A stretch of DNA of 64,000 nucleotides from an uncultured Alphaproteobacteria bacterium (GCA_902615745.1 CACMQB010000003.1:40041-104040); one strand, 5' to 3'; numbered from the stretch's first letter, positions 13,257-26,730 are shown. The notes: a model not told the origin generated them from the letters alone. A program made the numbers and translations.

Positions 13257-14575
13257 AAATCTTGCTAATAATTTTATTTTTATTAGTTAATTCTCAGAAT
13301 TTATTTGCCAATCCTCAAATATGTGGCTGGATAATGGATGAACCATTTAAAGAATATCAAGAAGAGGCAAAAGATCAACATGCTGCATTTTATGTTGTAG
13401 TCAACGATGGTGAATGTGAATACGGAATGACTATTGGTGAAAATTCAGAAGAGAAAGCTAAAAAAGCAGCTTTTAAAGATTGTGAGAAATGGAGAAACGA
13501 AAATAATATTTTAGGTAAGTGTGAACCCTTTGCTGTTAACGACAAAATTATTTGGGAAAATATTGCCTTTGTTACAAATGATGAAGGAGAAAGAGAGTAT
13601 GACAATTCAGCCAATATGGTTGAATATGAATATAGAGTACCTGACTGGTATGGACAGGAAAAAATTATATTTCCTAAATATAAAGGAGTCCCTGATGATC
13701 TTCATAGTTTATTTATGGAAACCCTTGAATATTCCTACCTTGAGCTTGGTGAAAAACCCATTGCGGAAACTCATGTTATTATCTGGAATGAAAAGAAATC
13801 TAATCTAAAAAAAGTTGCTCAAAATTGGTGTGAAGTAAATCGTGGGGAAAATTTCAACGAAGAATGTTTAAAAGTAGGTGGTGGTGATAACAAAAAATGG
13901 TTCAAAGAATGTGTAGCGTCTGCCTATTTTTCACCAGAAACATTAAAAGGAAGTATTGAGGGTAATAAATGTTGGTGGAGGGGTTATAAGAATGAAGCGT
14001 GGAGTGTTGCAAAAATAGTAGCACATGAATATTTTCATGTTTATCAAAATATGAAAAAAATTTTTTTTGAAGATGAAAAACGTTTTGGTGTTGCCCAATA
14101 TAAATTTAATGATGATATGCCAATGTGGATTGAAGAAGGTGGGGCAGAATATTTTGGTTATTATATTATTGGAAAAAATAATTTAGCTGATTATAAAAAA
14201 ATTATGAAACAAACACTAAAATCCTTTCGCAAATGTGCAAAAAAAGGAATTAAACTCAAAGATGTAGAAAGAGAAGAAGATGCCATAAAACTACGCAGTA
14301 AATGTGATCAAGGCTTCGAATATGATGGTGGTATGTGGGCAACAGCGTACCTTGCTTCTTTAAGTGGATCTAATCAAAAAGTATTCTTTGATTTTTATGA
14401 AGATATTGCTGAAATCGAATTAGAAAAAAGAGAAGAAGGAGAAATCCACCAAGGATGGAGAGAATCTTTTAGGAAAAATTTTAATATGAGTTATGATGAT
14501 TTTCTCATAGAGTTTGAAATATTTATTGGTTTAAAATCAAAGGAACAATTAAAAATTCTAGATCAAATAAATTAA
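13253..14575 (+). CDS. Secreted zinc metallopeptidase-like protein (HExxH plus downstream Glu) with a Cys-containing N-terminal domain
   Basis: Signal peptide [19 protein letters not shown]; VAHEYFHVYQ and WIEEGGAEY motifs. Confidence 0.7.
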   Translation: MKILLIILFLLVNSQNLFANPQICGWIMDEPFKEYQEEAKDQHAAFYVVVNDGECEYGMTIGENSEEKAKKAAFKDCEKWRNENNILGKCEPFAVNDKIIWENIAFVTNDEGEREYDNSANMVEYEYRVPDWYGQEKIIFPKYKGVPDDLHSLFMETLEYSYLELGEKPIAETHVIIWNEKKSNLKKVAQNWCEVNRGENFNEECLKVGGGDNKKWFKECVASAYFSPETLKGSIEGNKCWWRGYKNEAWSVAKIVAHEYFHVYQNMKKIFFEDEKRFGVAQYKFNDDMPMWIEEGGAEYFGYYIIGKNNLADYKKIMKQTLKSFRKCAKKGIKLKDVEREEDAIKLRSKCDQGFEYDGGMWATAYLASLSGSNQKVFFDFYEDIAEIELEKREEGEIHQGWRESFRKNFNMSYDDFLIEFEIFIGLKSKEQLKILDQIN

Positions 14576-14592
14576 TACAAAAAGGAGCATAC

Positions 14593-14796
14593 ATGAAAGG
14601 TTATAGATTTATTACTGATGATGATACTGTTGATTTTTGTCAAAGAGTAACAGAAGCATTATCTAATGGTTGGAAATTACATGGGGAGCCAAAAATGACA
14701 TTTGATCATAAAAGAAAAGTTATGAGGTGTGGTCAAGCAGTTGTAAAACAGTCATCAAAAAAATATAAAAAAGGAATGGATCTAGCTAAAATTTAA
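14593..14796 (+). CDS. DUF1737 family small protein
   Basis: YRFIT..D...FC.RVTEALSNGWKLHG.P...CGQAVVK pattern; AGGAG SD upstream. Confidence 0.85.
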   Translation: MKGYRFITDDDTVDFCQRVTEALSNGWKLHGEPKMTFDHKRKVMRCGQAVVKQSSKKYKKGMDLAKI

Positions 14797-16190
14797 ATAT
14801 GTATGGCTCTGCCATCAACACTTAAAGCTGCTTCTTTTACCGCTTCACTAGTTGTTGGATGAGCATGACATACCCTAGCAATATCTTCTGCACTTCCACC
14901 AAATTCGATTGTGGTAACAATTTCAGCAATCAGTTGTCCAGCATCATGACCGATTATATGAGCACCTAAAATTTCATCTGTTTTTTTATCAACCAAAATT
15001 TTAACAAATCCCTCTGATGCAGAAGTGGTTAGGGCACGACCATTTGCCATAAAAGGAAATTTTCCAACCTTGAAGTCTTTCTTTTCTTGCTTGAGTTGTT
15101 CTTCTGTTTTACCTACAGATGCAATCTCTGGATTGGTATAAACAATCGCTGGTATAGCGTCATAGTTTATATGAGGTTTTTGACCATTTATAAATTCAAC
15201 ACAAGCAACTCCTTCTTCTTCAGCTTTGTGTGCTAGCATTGGTCCCGGTGCTACATCACCAATGGCGTAGATTCCTTCAACAGAAGTTTGAAAGTTATCT
15301 TTAATTTCAATAGATTTTTTTTCGGTTAATTTAATACCAATTTTTTCGAGACCCAGTCCCTCTGTGTTTGGTTTTCTTCCTACCGACATTAAAACTATTT
15401 CGTAGTTTTCTTTTATTTTCTTTTTATCTGATGTTTCCATTTCAACATCAACACCAGACTTACCAGATTTTGCAGAACTCACTTTATGCGATAATTTAAA
15501 TTCTAACCCTTGTTTAGTTAACATTTTCATAAACTCTTTAGCAATTTCACCATCCATAGTTGGAACAATTCTGTCAAGAGCTTCAACAACTGTTACCTTT
15601 GAACCTAATCTACTCCATACTGATCCCATCTCTAATCCAATATATCCACCACCAATAACTAGGAGTGATTTTGGTATTTTAGATAAAGAAAGAGCACCTG
15701 TTGAAGATACTATTTGTTTTTCATCAACAGGAATATTTGGTATCTCAATCGAAGATGATCCTGTTGCGATAATAAAATTTTTAGCACTAGCAGTAATTTC
15801 ATTTTTTCCATTTGTAATAGAAATAGTATTTTTATCTAAAAATGAAGCCACGCCAGGAATATGCGTGATTTTATTTTTCTTAAATAAAAAACCGATCCCT
15901 GTTGTAAGTTTTTTTACAATCTTAGTTTTGCGATCCATCAAAACATTTAGGTCTAAATCTATCTTTGATGTTTTTATGCCATGCTCTGCAGCATGATTTG
16001 AAATTTCAACAAATTTTTCAGATGAATTTAATAATGCTTTAGAAGGTATACATCCAATGTTCAAACAAGTTCCACCAAGTGATGGCTCTTTTTCTATACA
16101 AGCAACCTTCATTCCAAGTTGAGCTGCTCTGATTGCAGCTACATATCCGCCAGGTCCCGCACCAATTACTATTAAATCAAAATCTTCCAT
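14793..16190 (-). CDS. lpdA: Dihydrolipoamide dehydrogenase (E3)
   Basis: GAGPGGY, GGTCLNIGCIPSK and HAHPTTSE motifs. Confidence 0.98.
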   Translation of the reverse strand: MEDFDLIVIGAGPGGYVAAIRAAQLGMKVACIEKEPSLGGTCLNIGCIPSKALLNSSEKFVEISNHAAEHGIKTSKIDLDLNVLMDRKTKIVKKLTTGIGFLFKKNKITHIPGVASFLDKNTISITNGKNEITASAKNFIIATGSSSIEIPNIPVDEKQIVSSTGALSLSKIPKSLLVIGGGYIGLEMGSVWSRLGSKVTVVEALDRIVPTMDGEIAKEFMKMLTKQGLEFKLSHKVSSAKSGKSGVDVEMETSDKKKIKENYEIVLMSVGRKPNTEGLGLEKIGIKLTEKKSIEIKDNFQTSVEGIYAIGDVAPGPMLAHKAEEEGVACVEFINGQKPHINYDAIPAIVYTNPEIASVGKTEEQLKQEKKDFKVGKFPFMANGRALTTSASEGFVKILVDKKTDEILGAHIIGHDAGQLIAEIVTTIEFGGSAEDIARVCHAHPTTSEAVKEAALSVDGRAIHI

Positions 16191-16191
16191 T

Positions 16192-17373
16192 TTATATTCC
16201 TAATACTAATTCGGATGGATCCTCTAGAAGTTCTTTCACTTTCACTAAAAATCCAACACTTTCTTTTCCATCAATAATTCTATGATCATAACTTAATGCA
16301 ACATACATCATTGGCCTAATTACTATTTCATCATTTACAACTACTGCTCTTTTTTGAATATTATGCATCCCTAAAATTCCAGATTGAGGTCTATTGATTA
16401 TTGGGGTACTGAGCATTGATCCGTAAACGCCACCATTTGAAATTGTAAAAGTTCCACCAGTCAAATCGTCCATGGTCAGCGTTCCATCTTTGGTTTTTGT
16501 ACTAAGGTCAATAATTTTAGTTTCTATTTCTCCAAAACTCAATTGATCGGCGTCTTTAAGTATTGGTACGACTAATCCTTTTTCAGTTCCAACAGCTATA
16601 CCTATATCAAAATGATTTTTATAAATTATATTTTCATCTTTAATTTCGGCATTCACAGCTGGATACTCTTGCAAACTTTTTACTACCGCTTTTACAAAAA
16701 ATGACATGAAACCTAATTTGACCTCATACCGACTTTGAAATTCTTGGTTTTTTGATTTTCTAATTTCCATAACTTTGGACATGTCAATTTCATTGAAAGT
16801 AGTAAGTATGGCTGCTGTATTTTGAGCCTCCTTTAAACGTTTAGATATTGTCTGTCTGATTTTAGACATTTTAACAACTTCTTCTCTTTCACCTTTGTTA
16901 GTGGCTGTTTTATTTGAAGAAGAAAGATGAGAAACTACATCTTCTTTATTAATTCTTCCATCAGAACGGGATGAGGTGACATCTTCAAGTTTAATATTAT
17001 TTTCTTCAGCAATTTTTCTTGCAGATGGTGAAGATTTGGCAGGAGAAGATTTTGTTTCAACCTTAACTGCTTTTACTTCTTCTTTTATTTTTTCTTCTTT
17101 ATTTTCAGTTTTTTTAGGACTTGGTGTTTTGCCTTTTGATTCATCTAAGATTCCTAAAATACCACCAATTTCAACGTCAGTGCCTTCAGAAACTTTTATT
17201 TCTTTTAGAGAACCTGCATGAGGTGCTGGTACTTCAACTGTAATTTTGTCTGTCTCAATTTCAACTAAAGGTTCATCTGCTTCAAAATTATCGCCTATAT
17301 TCTTAAGCCATTTTGAAACAGTTGCTTCAGTAATTGACTCTCCAAGTGTTGGAACTATTAATTCAGTGCTCAT
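16192..17373 (-). CDS. sucB: 2-oxoglutarate dehydrogenase E2 (dihydrolipoyl succinyltransferase)
   Basis: Lipoyl ETDKI motif, E3-binding domain, SYDHRIIDG. Confidence 0.97.
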   Translation of the reverse strand: MSTELIVPTLGESITEATVSKWLKNIGDNFEADEPLVEIETDKITVEVPAPHAGSLKEIKVSEGTDVEIGGILGILDESKGKTPSPKKTENKEEKIKEEVKAVKVETKSSPAKSSPSARKIAEENNIKLEDVTSSRSDGRINKEDVVSHLSSSNKTATNKGEREEVVKMSKIRQTISKRLKEAQNTAAILTTFNEIDMSKVMEIRKSKNQEFQSRYEVKLGFMSFFVKAVVKSLQEYPAVNAEIKDENIIYKNHFDIGIAVGTEKGLVVPILKDADQLSFGEIETKIIDLSTKTKDGTLTMDDLTGGTFTISNGGVYGSMLSTPIINRPQSGILGMHNIQKRAVVVNDEIVIRPMMYVALSYDHRIIDGKESVGFLVKVKELLEDPSELVLGI

Positions 17374-17404
17374 TAATTAAATGCTTAATAACATTTACGT
17401 CAAT

Positions 17405-20308
17405 TTATTCAATTGGCAGATTAGTCTTTAATTTTGTTGAAATACCTGCCCAAGATTTGATAATTTTGCTAATCGAATCTTCAGTTGCCATTTTTATAAT
17501 AGTTTCTTGGTTACTTAAGTGTCTTTCTAAAGAACCAGCGGCAGGAGACGCAGCTGGACTTCTACCAACATAGAATATTTTTTCTTGTTTAACTTTGGCT
17601 TCCTGCATAACACTTTCCAATCTACCTTTCACAAAACCCCAGGCACCCATATTTTTTGGCTCTTCTTGTGCCCAGATAATTTCAGCATCAGTATAATGTT
17701 TTAATTCATCTCTAAAGTTTTCATAAGGAAATGGATAAATCTGCTCCAATCTTATTATGGAGAGATTTTTAATTTTATTTTTTGCTATGTGATCTGCAAG
17801 TTCAAAATATATTTTACCAGAGCAAATGATTAATCTTTTATTTTTCCTTTTTTCTTTAACAGATAATTTATCAGTAAGAATTCTATGGAAGGTTGATCCA
17901 TTAATATAATCCTCAATATTAGAAACATTAGATTTATGTCTAAGTGTAGATTTTGGAGTAAATATAATTAGAGGTTTCCTAAAGTTTCTATGTAGTTGCC
18001 TTCTTAAAACATGAAAATAATTAGCAGGACTTGTGCAATTAACAATTTGCATATTATCTTCCGCACACATCTGTAAAAATCTTTCTAATCTTCCACTTGT
18101 ATGCTCAGGACCTTGACCCTCATGTCCGTGGGGAAGAAGCATCGTTAAACCAGACATTCTCAACCATTTTCTTTCTCCAGAACTAATGAATTGATCAATC
18201 ATAATTTGTGCGCCATTTGCAAAATCACCAAACTGCGCTTCCCATATAACAAGTGTCTTAGGATCAACTTGTGAATATCCATATTCAAAACCAAGAACAC
18301 CAAACTCAGATAAAAAACTATCTATAATTTCAAAGTAACCTTGTTTGTTTTGAAAGTGTCTTAATGGAACAAAACGATTTTCGTTTTCTTGATCGTATAG
18401 AACACCATGTCTATGACTAAATGTTCCTCTTCCAACATCCTGTCCAGATATTCGAACACCATATCCCTCATCAAGAAGTGTTGCTAAAGCTAAACTTTCA
18501 GAGGTTGCCCAATCAATACCTCTTCCGTTGATGACACTTGTTAATCGATCCCCATAAATTTTTTTTATTCTTCTATGAGCATTAAAATCTGCAGGTATTT
18601 CATGAATTTTTTTAGCAACGTTAATTAATGTTTTTTCTTTTACAGATGTTTTTCCTCTTCTTGCATCAAATGTTGCTGTAGATAAACCTGTCCAAGTTCC
18701 CTCTAACCAATCTACTTTATTTGGTTTATAATTTTTAGTTGATTCAAATTCTTTATCTAAAAAATTTTTAAAAGAATCTACAATGTCTCTAGATTCTTCT
18801 TCTGAAAGAGTATTATTCTCAATTAATTTTTTTTCATATTTTTTTCTTGTAGTAATTTGTTTTTTGATAGCCTTATACATTAGTGGCTGAGTAAAAGAAG
18901 GTTCATCAGCTTCGTTATGTCCTGATCTTCTATAGCAAAACATATCTACAACAACATCGACTTTAAATTTATTTCTAAATTCCGTTGCAAGTCTACAAAC
19001 ATGAACAACTGCTTCTGGGTCATCGCCATTAACATGAAATATTGGTGCCTGAACCATTTTTGCAATTTCAGTACAATAAGGTGCTGATCGTCCATATTGT
19101 GGCATAGTTGTAAAACCAATCTGATTGTTAATTACAAAATGAATGGTACCACCTGTTTTAAACCCTCTTAATTGTGACATAGCAAATGTTTCGGCCACAA
19201 CTCCTTGTCCAGCTATTGCTGCATCTCCATGAATTAATAAACCTATAACTTTATCTGTTGTTTTATCTTTAGCTAAAGTTTGTTTAGCTCTTACTTTTCC
19301 TGCCACAACTGGATTAACTGCTTCTAAATGTGATGGGTTAGAAGTGAGCGATAAATGAATTTTCTTTTTTTCAAATTCACGATCAGCAGAAACTCCTAAA
19401 TGATATTTTACATCACCCGAACCTAGTACCTCATTTGGATCATTTAAAGATCCTTGGAATTTTGATAATATTTTTTTGTAAGGCATTTCCAAAACACTTG
19501 ATAGAAGTGTTAGTCTCCCTCGATGAGCTGTTCCGATAATAATATCTTCAATTCCAGACAAACATGCCTGTTTAACAATTTGCTCTATCCCAGGTATCAT
19601 CGCTTCACCACCTTCGATACCGTATCTCTTTGTACCTAAAAACTTTTTATCTAAAAATTGCTCAAATAGTTCTGATTCAACTAATCTTTTATAGATTGCT
19701 TTTTTTCCCTCATTTGTAAAATTTGTTTTATTTCTTACTTCTTCAATTCTTTCTTGGACCCATTGTTTTTGATCAGCTTGTTGTATATGTAAAAATTCAA
19801 CACCAATTGAAGCAGAATAAGTTTCTTTTAATATTTTAATAATATTTTTTAATTTACCTTTTTCTAAACCCAAACTTCCATCAATGAATATTTCTTTTTC
19901 TAAATCTGATTCAATGAAACCATAGCTTTTATAATCTAATTCTTGAGGATACTCTCTTTCAGATATTCCTAAAGGATCAAGATCTGCAATTAAATGTCCA
20001 TTAATTCTAAAAGCTCTAATTAATCTTAATGCTCTAATTGAGTCTAAAGTTGATATTTTAAATTCCTCAGAATTATAATTCGCATTTGATTTTATGACCT
20101 TGGTTATGTAATTTTTATCTATTATACTTGACGGACGTTCTTTCCATTCTGGTCCTCCAAAATCTTTAAGAACAGAGTAATCATCTTCATTTAAATTATT
20201 AAAAAAATCTTTCCAAGTTGTATCCACACTTTCAGGGTCATTTCTAAATTTAGAATATAGTTCGGCTACATATGGAGCATTAGCACTATTTAAGAAAGTA
20301 TCATTCAT
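17405..20308 (-). CDS. sucA: 2-oxoglutarate dehydrogenase E1
   Basis: GDVKYHLG, NPSHLEAV, HGDAA and WEAQFGDF motifs. Confidence 0.98.
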   Translation of the reverse strand: MNDTFLNSANAPYVAELYSKFRNDPESVDTTWKDFFNNLNEDDYSVLKDFGGPEWKERPSSIIDKNYITKVIKSNANYNSEEFKISTLDSIRALRLIRAFRINGHLIADLDPLGISEREYPQELDYKSYGFIESDLEKEIFIDGSLGLEKGKLKNIIKILKETYSASIGVEFLHIQQADQKQWVQERIEEVRNKTNFTNEGKKAIYKRLVESELFEQFLDKKFLGTKRYGIEGGEAMIPGIEQIVKQACLSGIEDIIIGTAHRGRLTLLSSVLEMPYKKILSKFQGSLNDPNEVLGSGDVKYHLGVSADREFEKKKIHLSLTSNPSHLEAVNPVVAGKVRAKQTLAKDKTTDKVIGLLIHGDAAIAGQGVVAETFAMSQLRGFKTGGTIHFVINNQIGFTTMPQYGRSAPYCTEIAKMVQAPIFHVNGDDPEAVVHVCRLATEFRNKFKVDVVVDMFCYRRSGHNEADEPSFTQPLMYKAIKKQITTRKKYEKKLIENNTLSEEESRDIVDSFKNFLDKEFESTKNYKPNKVDWLEGTWTGLSTATFDARRGKTSVKEKTLINVAKKIHEIPADFNAHRRIKKIYGDRLTSVINGRGIDWATSESLALATLLDEGYGVRISGQDVGRGTFSHRHGVLYDQENENRFVPLRHFQNKQGYFEIIDSFLSEFGVLGFEYGYSQVDPKTLVIWEAQFGDFANGAQIMIDQFISSGERKWLRMSGLTMLLPHGHEGQGPEHTSGRLERFLQMCAEDNMQIVNCTSPANYFHVLRRQLHRNFRKPLIIFTPKSTLRHKSNVSNIEDYINGSTFHRILTDKLSVKEKRKNKRLIICSGKIYFELADHIAKNKIKNLSIIRLEQIYPFPYENFRDELKHYTDAEIIWAQEEPKNMGAWGFVKGRLESVMQEAKVKQEKIFYVGRSPAASPAAGSLERHLSNQETIIKMATEDSISKIIKSWAGISTKLKTNLPIE

Positions 20309-20359
20309 AGATTTCTATTAAACTAAAACCATTTCGCATAACAATCATACTAATGGAAA

Positions 20360-21244
20360 CTAATTATTCCCATTTTGCATTGCTAATTTCATAGTTTTTC
20401 CCAATGATGCCGGGGATTTTGACACCAAAACTCCAGCATTTTCTAAAGATTTAATTTTGGAATGTGCTGTACCTTTTGAGCCTGAAACGATAGCACCAGC
20501 ATGACCCATACGTTTTCCTTTAGGGGCCGATTGTCCAGCTATAAATGCTGAAACTGGTTTTTTTATTTTTGAATTTGAAATAAATTCTGCCGCATTTTCT
20601 TCCTCCTCGCCACCAATTTCACCTATCATTAATATTCCCTCGGTCTCATCGTCTTCTAAAAATAACTTTATACAATCTACAAAATCCATACCATGTATTG
20701 GGTCTCCACCAATACCAACACAAGTTGATTGACCTAATCCTACCTCTGTTGTTTGTGCAACAGCTTCATAAGTTAATGTTCCTGATCTACTCACTATACC
20801 TATTTTGCCTTTTTTATGGATGAAACCAGGCATGATACCAATCTTGCATTCGGAAGGTGTTATTAAACCTGGGCAGTTTGGCCCAATCAAATATGTTTTA
20901 TTGTTAATAATTCTTTTTTTTATATCAATCATATCTAAGACTGGAATACCTTCCGTAATGCATACAATTAATTCAATGTTTGCATCTAAAGCTTCGTGGA
21001 TTGCTTTAGCAGCAAACTTAGCAGGCACATAAATGACTGTTGCGTTTGCTTCAGTTTGTTTTACTGCATCAGCAACGGTATTAAACACCGGTAAATTTAA
21101 ATGGGTCTGCCCTCCTTTACCAGGCGTTACACCACCTACAAGGTTTGTACCATATGCTATAGCTTGTTCAGAATGATATGTTCCTTGTGAACCGGTAAAG
21201 CCTTGGCAAATAAGTCTTGTATTTTTATTAACTAAAATTGACAC
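20360..21244 (-). CDS. sucD: Succinyl-CoA synthetase alpha subunit
   Basis: QGFTG, GPNCPG and RMGHAGA (phospho-His) motifs. Confidence 0.98.
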   Translation of the reverse strand: MSILVNKNTRLICQGFTGSQGTYHSEQAIAYGTNLVGGVTPGKGGQTHLNLPVFNTVADAVKQTEANATVIYVPAKFAAKAIHEALDANIELIVCITEGIPVLDMIDIKKRIINNKTYLIGPNCPGLITPSECKIGIMPGFIHKKGKIGIVSRSGTLTYEAVAQTTEVGLGQSTCVGIGGDPIHGMDFVDCIKLFLEDDETEGILMIGEIGGEEEENAAEFISNSKIKKPVSAFIAGQSAPKGKRMGHAGAIVSGSKGTAHSKIKSLENAGVLVSKSPASLGKTMKLAMQNGNN

Positions 21245-22428
21245 TATTCTGACAACTCCACAGCTTTCTGAGCTGCATTTGAAAAATCATCAATTGAAAT
21301 TAATCCTAATGATGAATTATTTATAATGTCTCTTCCCTCTTTAGAATTTGTTCCTTGAAAACGTACAACAACAGGAAGTTTAAAATCTAATTCTTTAATT
21401 GCATCAATGATGCCATTAGCAATCATATCACAATGGATGATTCCTCCAAAAATATTTATGAAGACAGATTTCACATTTTTATCTGATTGAATAATCTTGA
21501 AAGCTTTAATGGCTCTTTCTTTATTTGCTGTACCACCTAAATCTAAAAAATTGGCTGGCTCCATTCCAAATTGTTTAATAATATCCATAGTTGCCATAGC
21601 TAGCCCAGCTCCGTTAACCATACAGCCTATTTTTCCATCTAGTTTAATGTAAACCATATCGTTTTCAGAAGCTTCAAGTTCTAAATCATTTTCTTCTGAA
21701 GTATCTTTTAATTTTTCAATGTCAGCCTGTCTATACAGAGCATTATCATCAATATTAATTTTAGCATCTAAAAGAATTAGTTTTTCATCTTTTGTCACAA
21801 CAAGAGGGTTAATTTCAATTAAAGAAGCATCTATTTCGACATAGGCCTTACATAAATTTGAAACAATTTCTTTAAATTGGTTAAACTCATTAATAGAAAA
21901 ATTTAATTTATTTTGAAGACTATCACTAATTGTAAAATCTTCTAAGTTATCAAAATAAACATATTGAATTCTTTCTGGTGTTTTCTCAGCTACATCTTCT
22001 ATGTCTACACCACCAGCATCAGAAACCATCATCATTAATTTTGATTGATTCCTATCAAGAAGAATACTTAAATAATATTCCCTATCAATTTCACATCCAG
22101 CTTCTAAATAAATTCTATTTACTAACTTTCCCTCATTACCTGTTTGTTTTGTAATCAATATGTTACCCATCATTCCTTTTGCAATTTTTTGTGCATCATC
22201 AATTGATTCTGTTATTTGTACTCCACCTTTTGTATTAAATGGTTTTAAAAATTTCCCTGCTCCTCTTCCTCCTGCATGTATCTGTGATTTGATAACCCAA
22301 GGTGGTCCTTTTATATTTTGTAAATCTTTTTCTAAATCATCAACATTTTCAATGTAACTTTTGCCTTCAAGTATAGGTAGATTGTACTTTCTTAGTAGAT
22401 CTTTAGCTTGGTATTCATGCAAATTCAT
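21244..22428 (-). CDS. sucC: Succinyl-CoA synthetase beta subunit
   Basis: [15 protein letters not shown] and [12 protein letters not shown] motifs. Confidence 0.97.
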   Translation of the reverse strand: MNLHEYQAKDLLRKYNLPILEGKSYIENVDDLEKDLQNIKGPPWVIKSQIHAGGRGAGKFLKPFNTKGGVQITESIDDAQKIAKGMMGNILITKQTGNEGKLVNRIYLEAGCEIDREYYLSILLDRNQSKLMMMVSDAGGVDIEDVAEKTPERIQYVYFDNLEDFTISDSLQNKLNFSINEFNQFKEIVSNLCKAYVEIDASLIEINPLVVTKDEKLILLDAKINIDDNALYRQADIEKLKDTSEENDLELEASENDMVYIKLDGKIGCMVNGAGLAMATMDIIKQFGMEPANFLDLGGTANKERAIKAFKIIQSDKNVKSVFINIFGGIIHCDMIANGIIDAIKELDFKLPVVVRFQGTNSKEGRDIINNSSLGLISIDDFSNAAQKAVELSE

Positions 22429-22469
22429 TTTGATAAAAAGGTAATAGTTAGATTAGATGAAAAATACAA

Positions 22470-23432
<963 letters not shown>

Positions 23433-23450
23433 TTAAGTTTTATACTTTAA

Positions 23451-24239
23451 TTACAATTCTGTAACAATAGCCTTTTTAAGTCCAGCAATTTCTTTGGCTG
23501 GATTTAGACCTTTAGGACAAGACCTAGTACAATTCATTATTGAATGACATCTATAAAGTTTTAATGAATCATTTATTGCTTTTAATCTCTCTTTTCTTTC
23601 CGAGTCTCTAGAGTCACTTACCCATCTTGCTGCTTGTAAAAGGACTGCAGGTCCTAGATATTCATCTCCATTCCACCAATAACTTGGACAAGAAGTAGTG
23701 CAGCAAAAACATAAGACACATTCCCATTTACCATCTAGTTTTTCTCTATCTTTTGGTGATTGTTTTTTTTCGTCTCCTGAGTTTTCTTCTTCATTTGTTT
23801 TTTCACGCTGCAACCAAGGTTTAATGGAAGCCAGTTGCTCATAAGCCTTACTAAGATCTGGAACTAAATCTTTTACTACACGCATATGTGGAAGAGGGTA
23901 AATTTTTATTTCATTCTTAACATCAGACATACTTTTCAAACATGCTAATGTGTTAACACCATCAATATTCATAGCGCAGGAACCACAAACTCCTTCTCTG
24001 CAAGATCTTCTAAATGTTAAAGTTGGATCAATTTCGTTTTTTATTTTCATAAGTGCGTCTAATACCATTGGGCCACACTTTTCTTGATCTATCTCATAAT
24101 TATCTATCCTAGGATTTTTATCATCTTCGGGATCCCATCTGTAGATTGCAAGTTTCTTTGGATCGTTTGCAGGTTCTTTTAGTTGGTGAGTTTTCCCTTT
24201 AGTTATTTTTGAATTTGCAGGAAGTGTAAACTGAGCCAT
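23451..24239 (-). CDS. sdhB: Succinate dehydrogenase iron-sulfur subunit
   Basis: [22 protein letters not shown] and [12 protein letters not shown] motifs. Confidence 0.98.
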   Translation of the reverse strand: MAQFTLPANSKITKGKTHQLKEPANDPKKLAIYRWDPEDDKNPRIDNYEIDQEKCGPMVLDALMKIKNEIDPTLTFRRSCREGVCGSCAMNIDGVNTLACLKSMSDVKNEIKIYPLPHMRVVKDLVPDLSKAYEQLASIKPWLQREKTNEEENSGDEKKQSPKDREKLDGKWECVLCFCCTTSCPSYWWNGDEYLGPAVLLQAARWVSDSRDSERKERLKAINDSLKLYRCHSIMNCTRSCPKGLNPAKEIAGLKKAIVTEL

Positions 24240-26032
24240 TAATAAACTCTTCTTTTAGGTGGTATTGGTTGAACATGATTAGTTAGAGTATTCATATGAA
24301 CACCTCTGGAACCCATACTCACATCTCCCTTATCGTTTAACCAGGCTAAAGAGTGAACTAACCAATTATTATCATCTCTTTCTTTATAATCTTCTCTTGC
24401 ATGTGCGCCTCTACTTTCAGTTCGATTTAACGCAGAATGAAGAGTAACTTTTGATTGTGCCATTAAATTGTGTAATTCTAAAGCTTCGACCAAGTCCGTA
24501 TTAAAGATTAATGATTTATCTTTAATATCTATGTCATCCATTGAGCTCTCAACTTTTGAATATTCTTCAATACCTTTTGATATGAGATCATGTGTTCTAA
24601 ATACTGCACATTTTTGCTGCATTATATGTTGCATGGAAGTACGTAGTTCTCCAGTTGTAGAGTTTCCTTTGCTGTTTCTAATCTTATCAAATCGCTCAAT
24701 AATATTATCTGTTTTTGATTTACTAATTTCAATTTTTTTTGAATTTGGTTTTACTTTTTCTTTACATGTTAGACTAGCTGCTTTGCCAAAAACAACAAGA
24801 TCGATTAATGAATTTGTGCCTAATCTATTTGCACCGTGCACAGAAACACATGCAGCCTCACCAACAGCCATTAAACCTTCACATACATTATCTGGATTTT
24901 CATTTGTTGGCCTTAAAACTTCTGTTCTATAATTTGTCGGTATACCACCCATATTATAATGAACTGTTGGAAGAACTGGTATTGGATCTTTAGTTAGATC
25001 AACTCCAGCAAATATTTTTGCAGTTTCTGAAATACCAGGTAATCTTTTATGTAATGTATCAGCATCAATGTGTTCAAGATGAAGTAGCACATGATCGGCA
25101 TTATCTCCACAGCCTCTATTTTCACTAATTTCAATAGTCATTGCTCGGCTTACTACATCCCTTGATGCTAGATCTTTTGCATTTGGAGCATATCTTTCCA
25201 TAAATCTTTCACCATCACTATTAGTTAAATATCCACCTTCTCCTCTTGCTCCCTCAGTGATTAACACTCCTGCACCGTAAACTCCTGTTGGATGGAACTG
25301 AATAAATTCCATATCAGAAAGAGGTAGATTTTGTCTTAAAGCCATTGCGCTACCGTCACCAGTACAAATGTGAGCACTCGTGGATGAGAAGTAAGCTCTT
25401 CCATATCCACCAGTCGCTAGAATTGTTTGATGAGATAAAAATCGATGGATTGATCCATCTTCTAAACACCATGTTACCACACCAATGCAATTACCTTGAT
25501 CATCAGAAATTAAATCTAAAACAAAATATTCAATATAAAATTCTACATTATTTTTAAGTGATTGCTGATAAAGTGTATGGAGTAAAGCATGTCCCGTTCT
25601 ATCAGCTGCTGCACAAGCTCTCATAGCAGGAGCTCCCTCGCCATTATTGGTTAAGTGTCCACCAAAAGGTCTTTGATAGATCTTGCCATCATCTGTTCTA
25701 CTAAAAGGCATGCCATATTCTTCAAGTTCAACTACTGCTTCAGGGGCTTTAGAACATAAGTATTCAATTGCATCTTGATCACCAAGCCAGTCGGAACCCT
25801 TAACTGTATCATACATGTGCCACTTCCAATTATCTTCACCCATATTACCTAGTGCTGCTCCAATTCCACCTTGTGCTGCAACAGTATGACTTCTTGTTGG
25901 AAACACTTTTGATATACAGGCTGTTTTTAATCCAGATTCAGCACATCCAAGCGTAGCTCTCAGACCTGACCCACCAGCTCCAACAACTACAACGTCATAA
26001 TGGTGATCAATAATTTTGTATGAATTAGTCAT
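24239..26032 (-). CDS. sdhA: Succinate dehydrogenase flavoprotein
   Basis: [10 protein letters not shown] (covalent FAD His), QFHPT and HGANRLG motifs. Confidence 0.99.
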   Translation of the reverse strand: MTNSYKIIDHHYDVVVVGAGGSGLRATLGCAESGLKTACISKVFPTRSHTVAAQGGIGAALGNMGEDNWKWHMYDTVKGSDWLGDQDAIEYLCSKAPEAVVELEEYGMPFSRTDDGKIYQRPFGGHLTNNGEGAPAMRACAAADRTGHALLHTLYQQSLKNNVEFYIEYFVLDLISDDQGNCIGVVTWCLEDGSIHRFLSHQTILATGGYGRAYFSSTSAHICTGDGSAMALRQNLPLSDMEFIQFHPTGVYGAGVLITEGARGEGGYLTNSDGERFMERYAPNAKDLASRDVVSRAMTIEISENRGCGDNADHVLLHLEHIDADTLHKRLPGISETAKIFAGVDLTKDPIPVLPTVHYNMGGIPTNYRTEVLRPTNENPDNVCEGLMAVGEAACVSVHGANRLGTNSLIDLVVFGKAASLTCKEKVKPNSKKIEISKSKTDNIIERFDKIRNSKGNSTTGELRTSMQHIMQQKCAVFRTHDLISKGIEEYSKVESSMDDIDIKDKSLIFNTDLVEALELHNLMAQSKVTLHSALNRTESRGAHAREDYKERDDNNWLVHSLAWLNDKGDVSMGSRGVHMNTLTNHVQPIPPKRRVY

Positions 26033-26362
26033 TTAAAACACCATTCTCACTAAATTTACAGTAATTAAAATCATGATAAAATAAATAAGATAATTAATTG
26101 CTACTTTAATAAATTTGGCTGTCTTTTTCGATGTGACATAATCTTCAATAATTGTTTGCAGTCCTAATTTTGAATGTAGAAGCATAGATTGCATCATCAC
26201 AAAAAATAAGAATGCATTAACATAAGACTGAAAAAAAATTTCTATTTCAGAATAAGTCATCTTTGATAATGATATTGCAGAGTATATAAACCAAAACGTC
26301 AATGGTATTAAAATTGAAGCAGTAATTCTTTGGGTTAACCATTTAAAAGCATAATTTTTCAT
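26033..26362 (-). CDS. sdhD: Succinate dehydrogenase membrane anchor
   Basis: W..QRITA and H..LGLQTIIEDYV motifs; hydrophobic; between sdhC and sdhA. Confidence 0.93.
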   Translation of the reverse strand: MKNYAFKWLTQRITASILIPLTFWFIYSAISLSKMTYSEIEIFFQSYVNAFLFFVMMQSMLLHSKLGLQTIIEDYVTSKKTAKFIKVAINYLIYFIMILITVNLVRMVF

Positions 26363-26730
26363 GCGAAGTACCAGACAACTAAACTAGAAATTAAAGTTAA
26401 ACATATAACAGCATAACCCGATTTATATACTTGAGATAATTCCATTCCAATACCGAATGACCAATATAATTTTCTACATCCATTAAATAAATGGTAAAAA
26501 ATACCGACAGTCCAAATCATTAGAACTAGTTTAAACAAAATACTCTTAGAAAGAGTTTCAAAATAAATATAAAATTCGGGACCAAAACTAATTAAAAAAA
26601 ACCAAATTGAAATTAATAGTGCACCCACACTTAATCCTATTCCAGATATCCTATGAAAAATTGAAAATACTGCTGTAAGTACTCTTTTGTGAATAGATAG
26701 GTGAGGTGATAATGGTCTATTATCAGTCAT
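26359..26730 (-). CDS. sdhC: Succinate dehydrogenase cytochrome b556 subunit
   Basis: RPLSPHL, SIFHRISG and YHLFNG motifs. Start placed at the ATG at 26730 (MTDNRPLSPH); 26739 is also possible. Confidence 0.94.
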   Translation of the reverse strand: MTDNRPLSPHLSIHKRVLTAVFSIFHRISGIGLSVGALLISIWFFLISFGPEFYIYFETLSKSILFKLVLMIWTVGIFYHLFNGCRKLYWSFGIGMELSQVYKSGYAVICLTLISSLVVWYFA

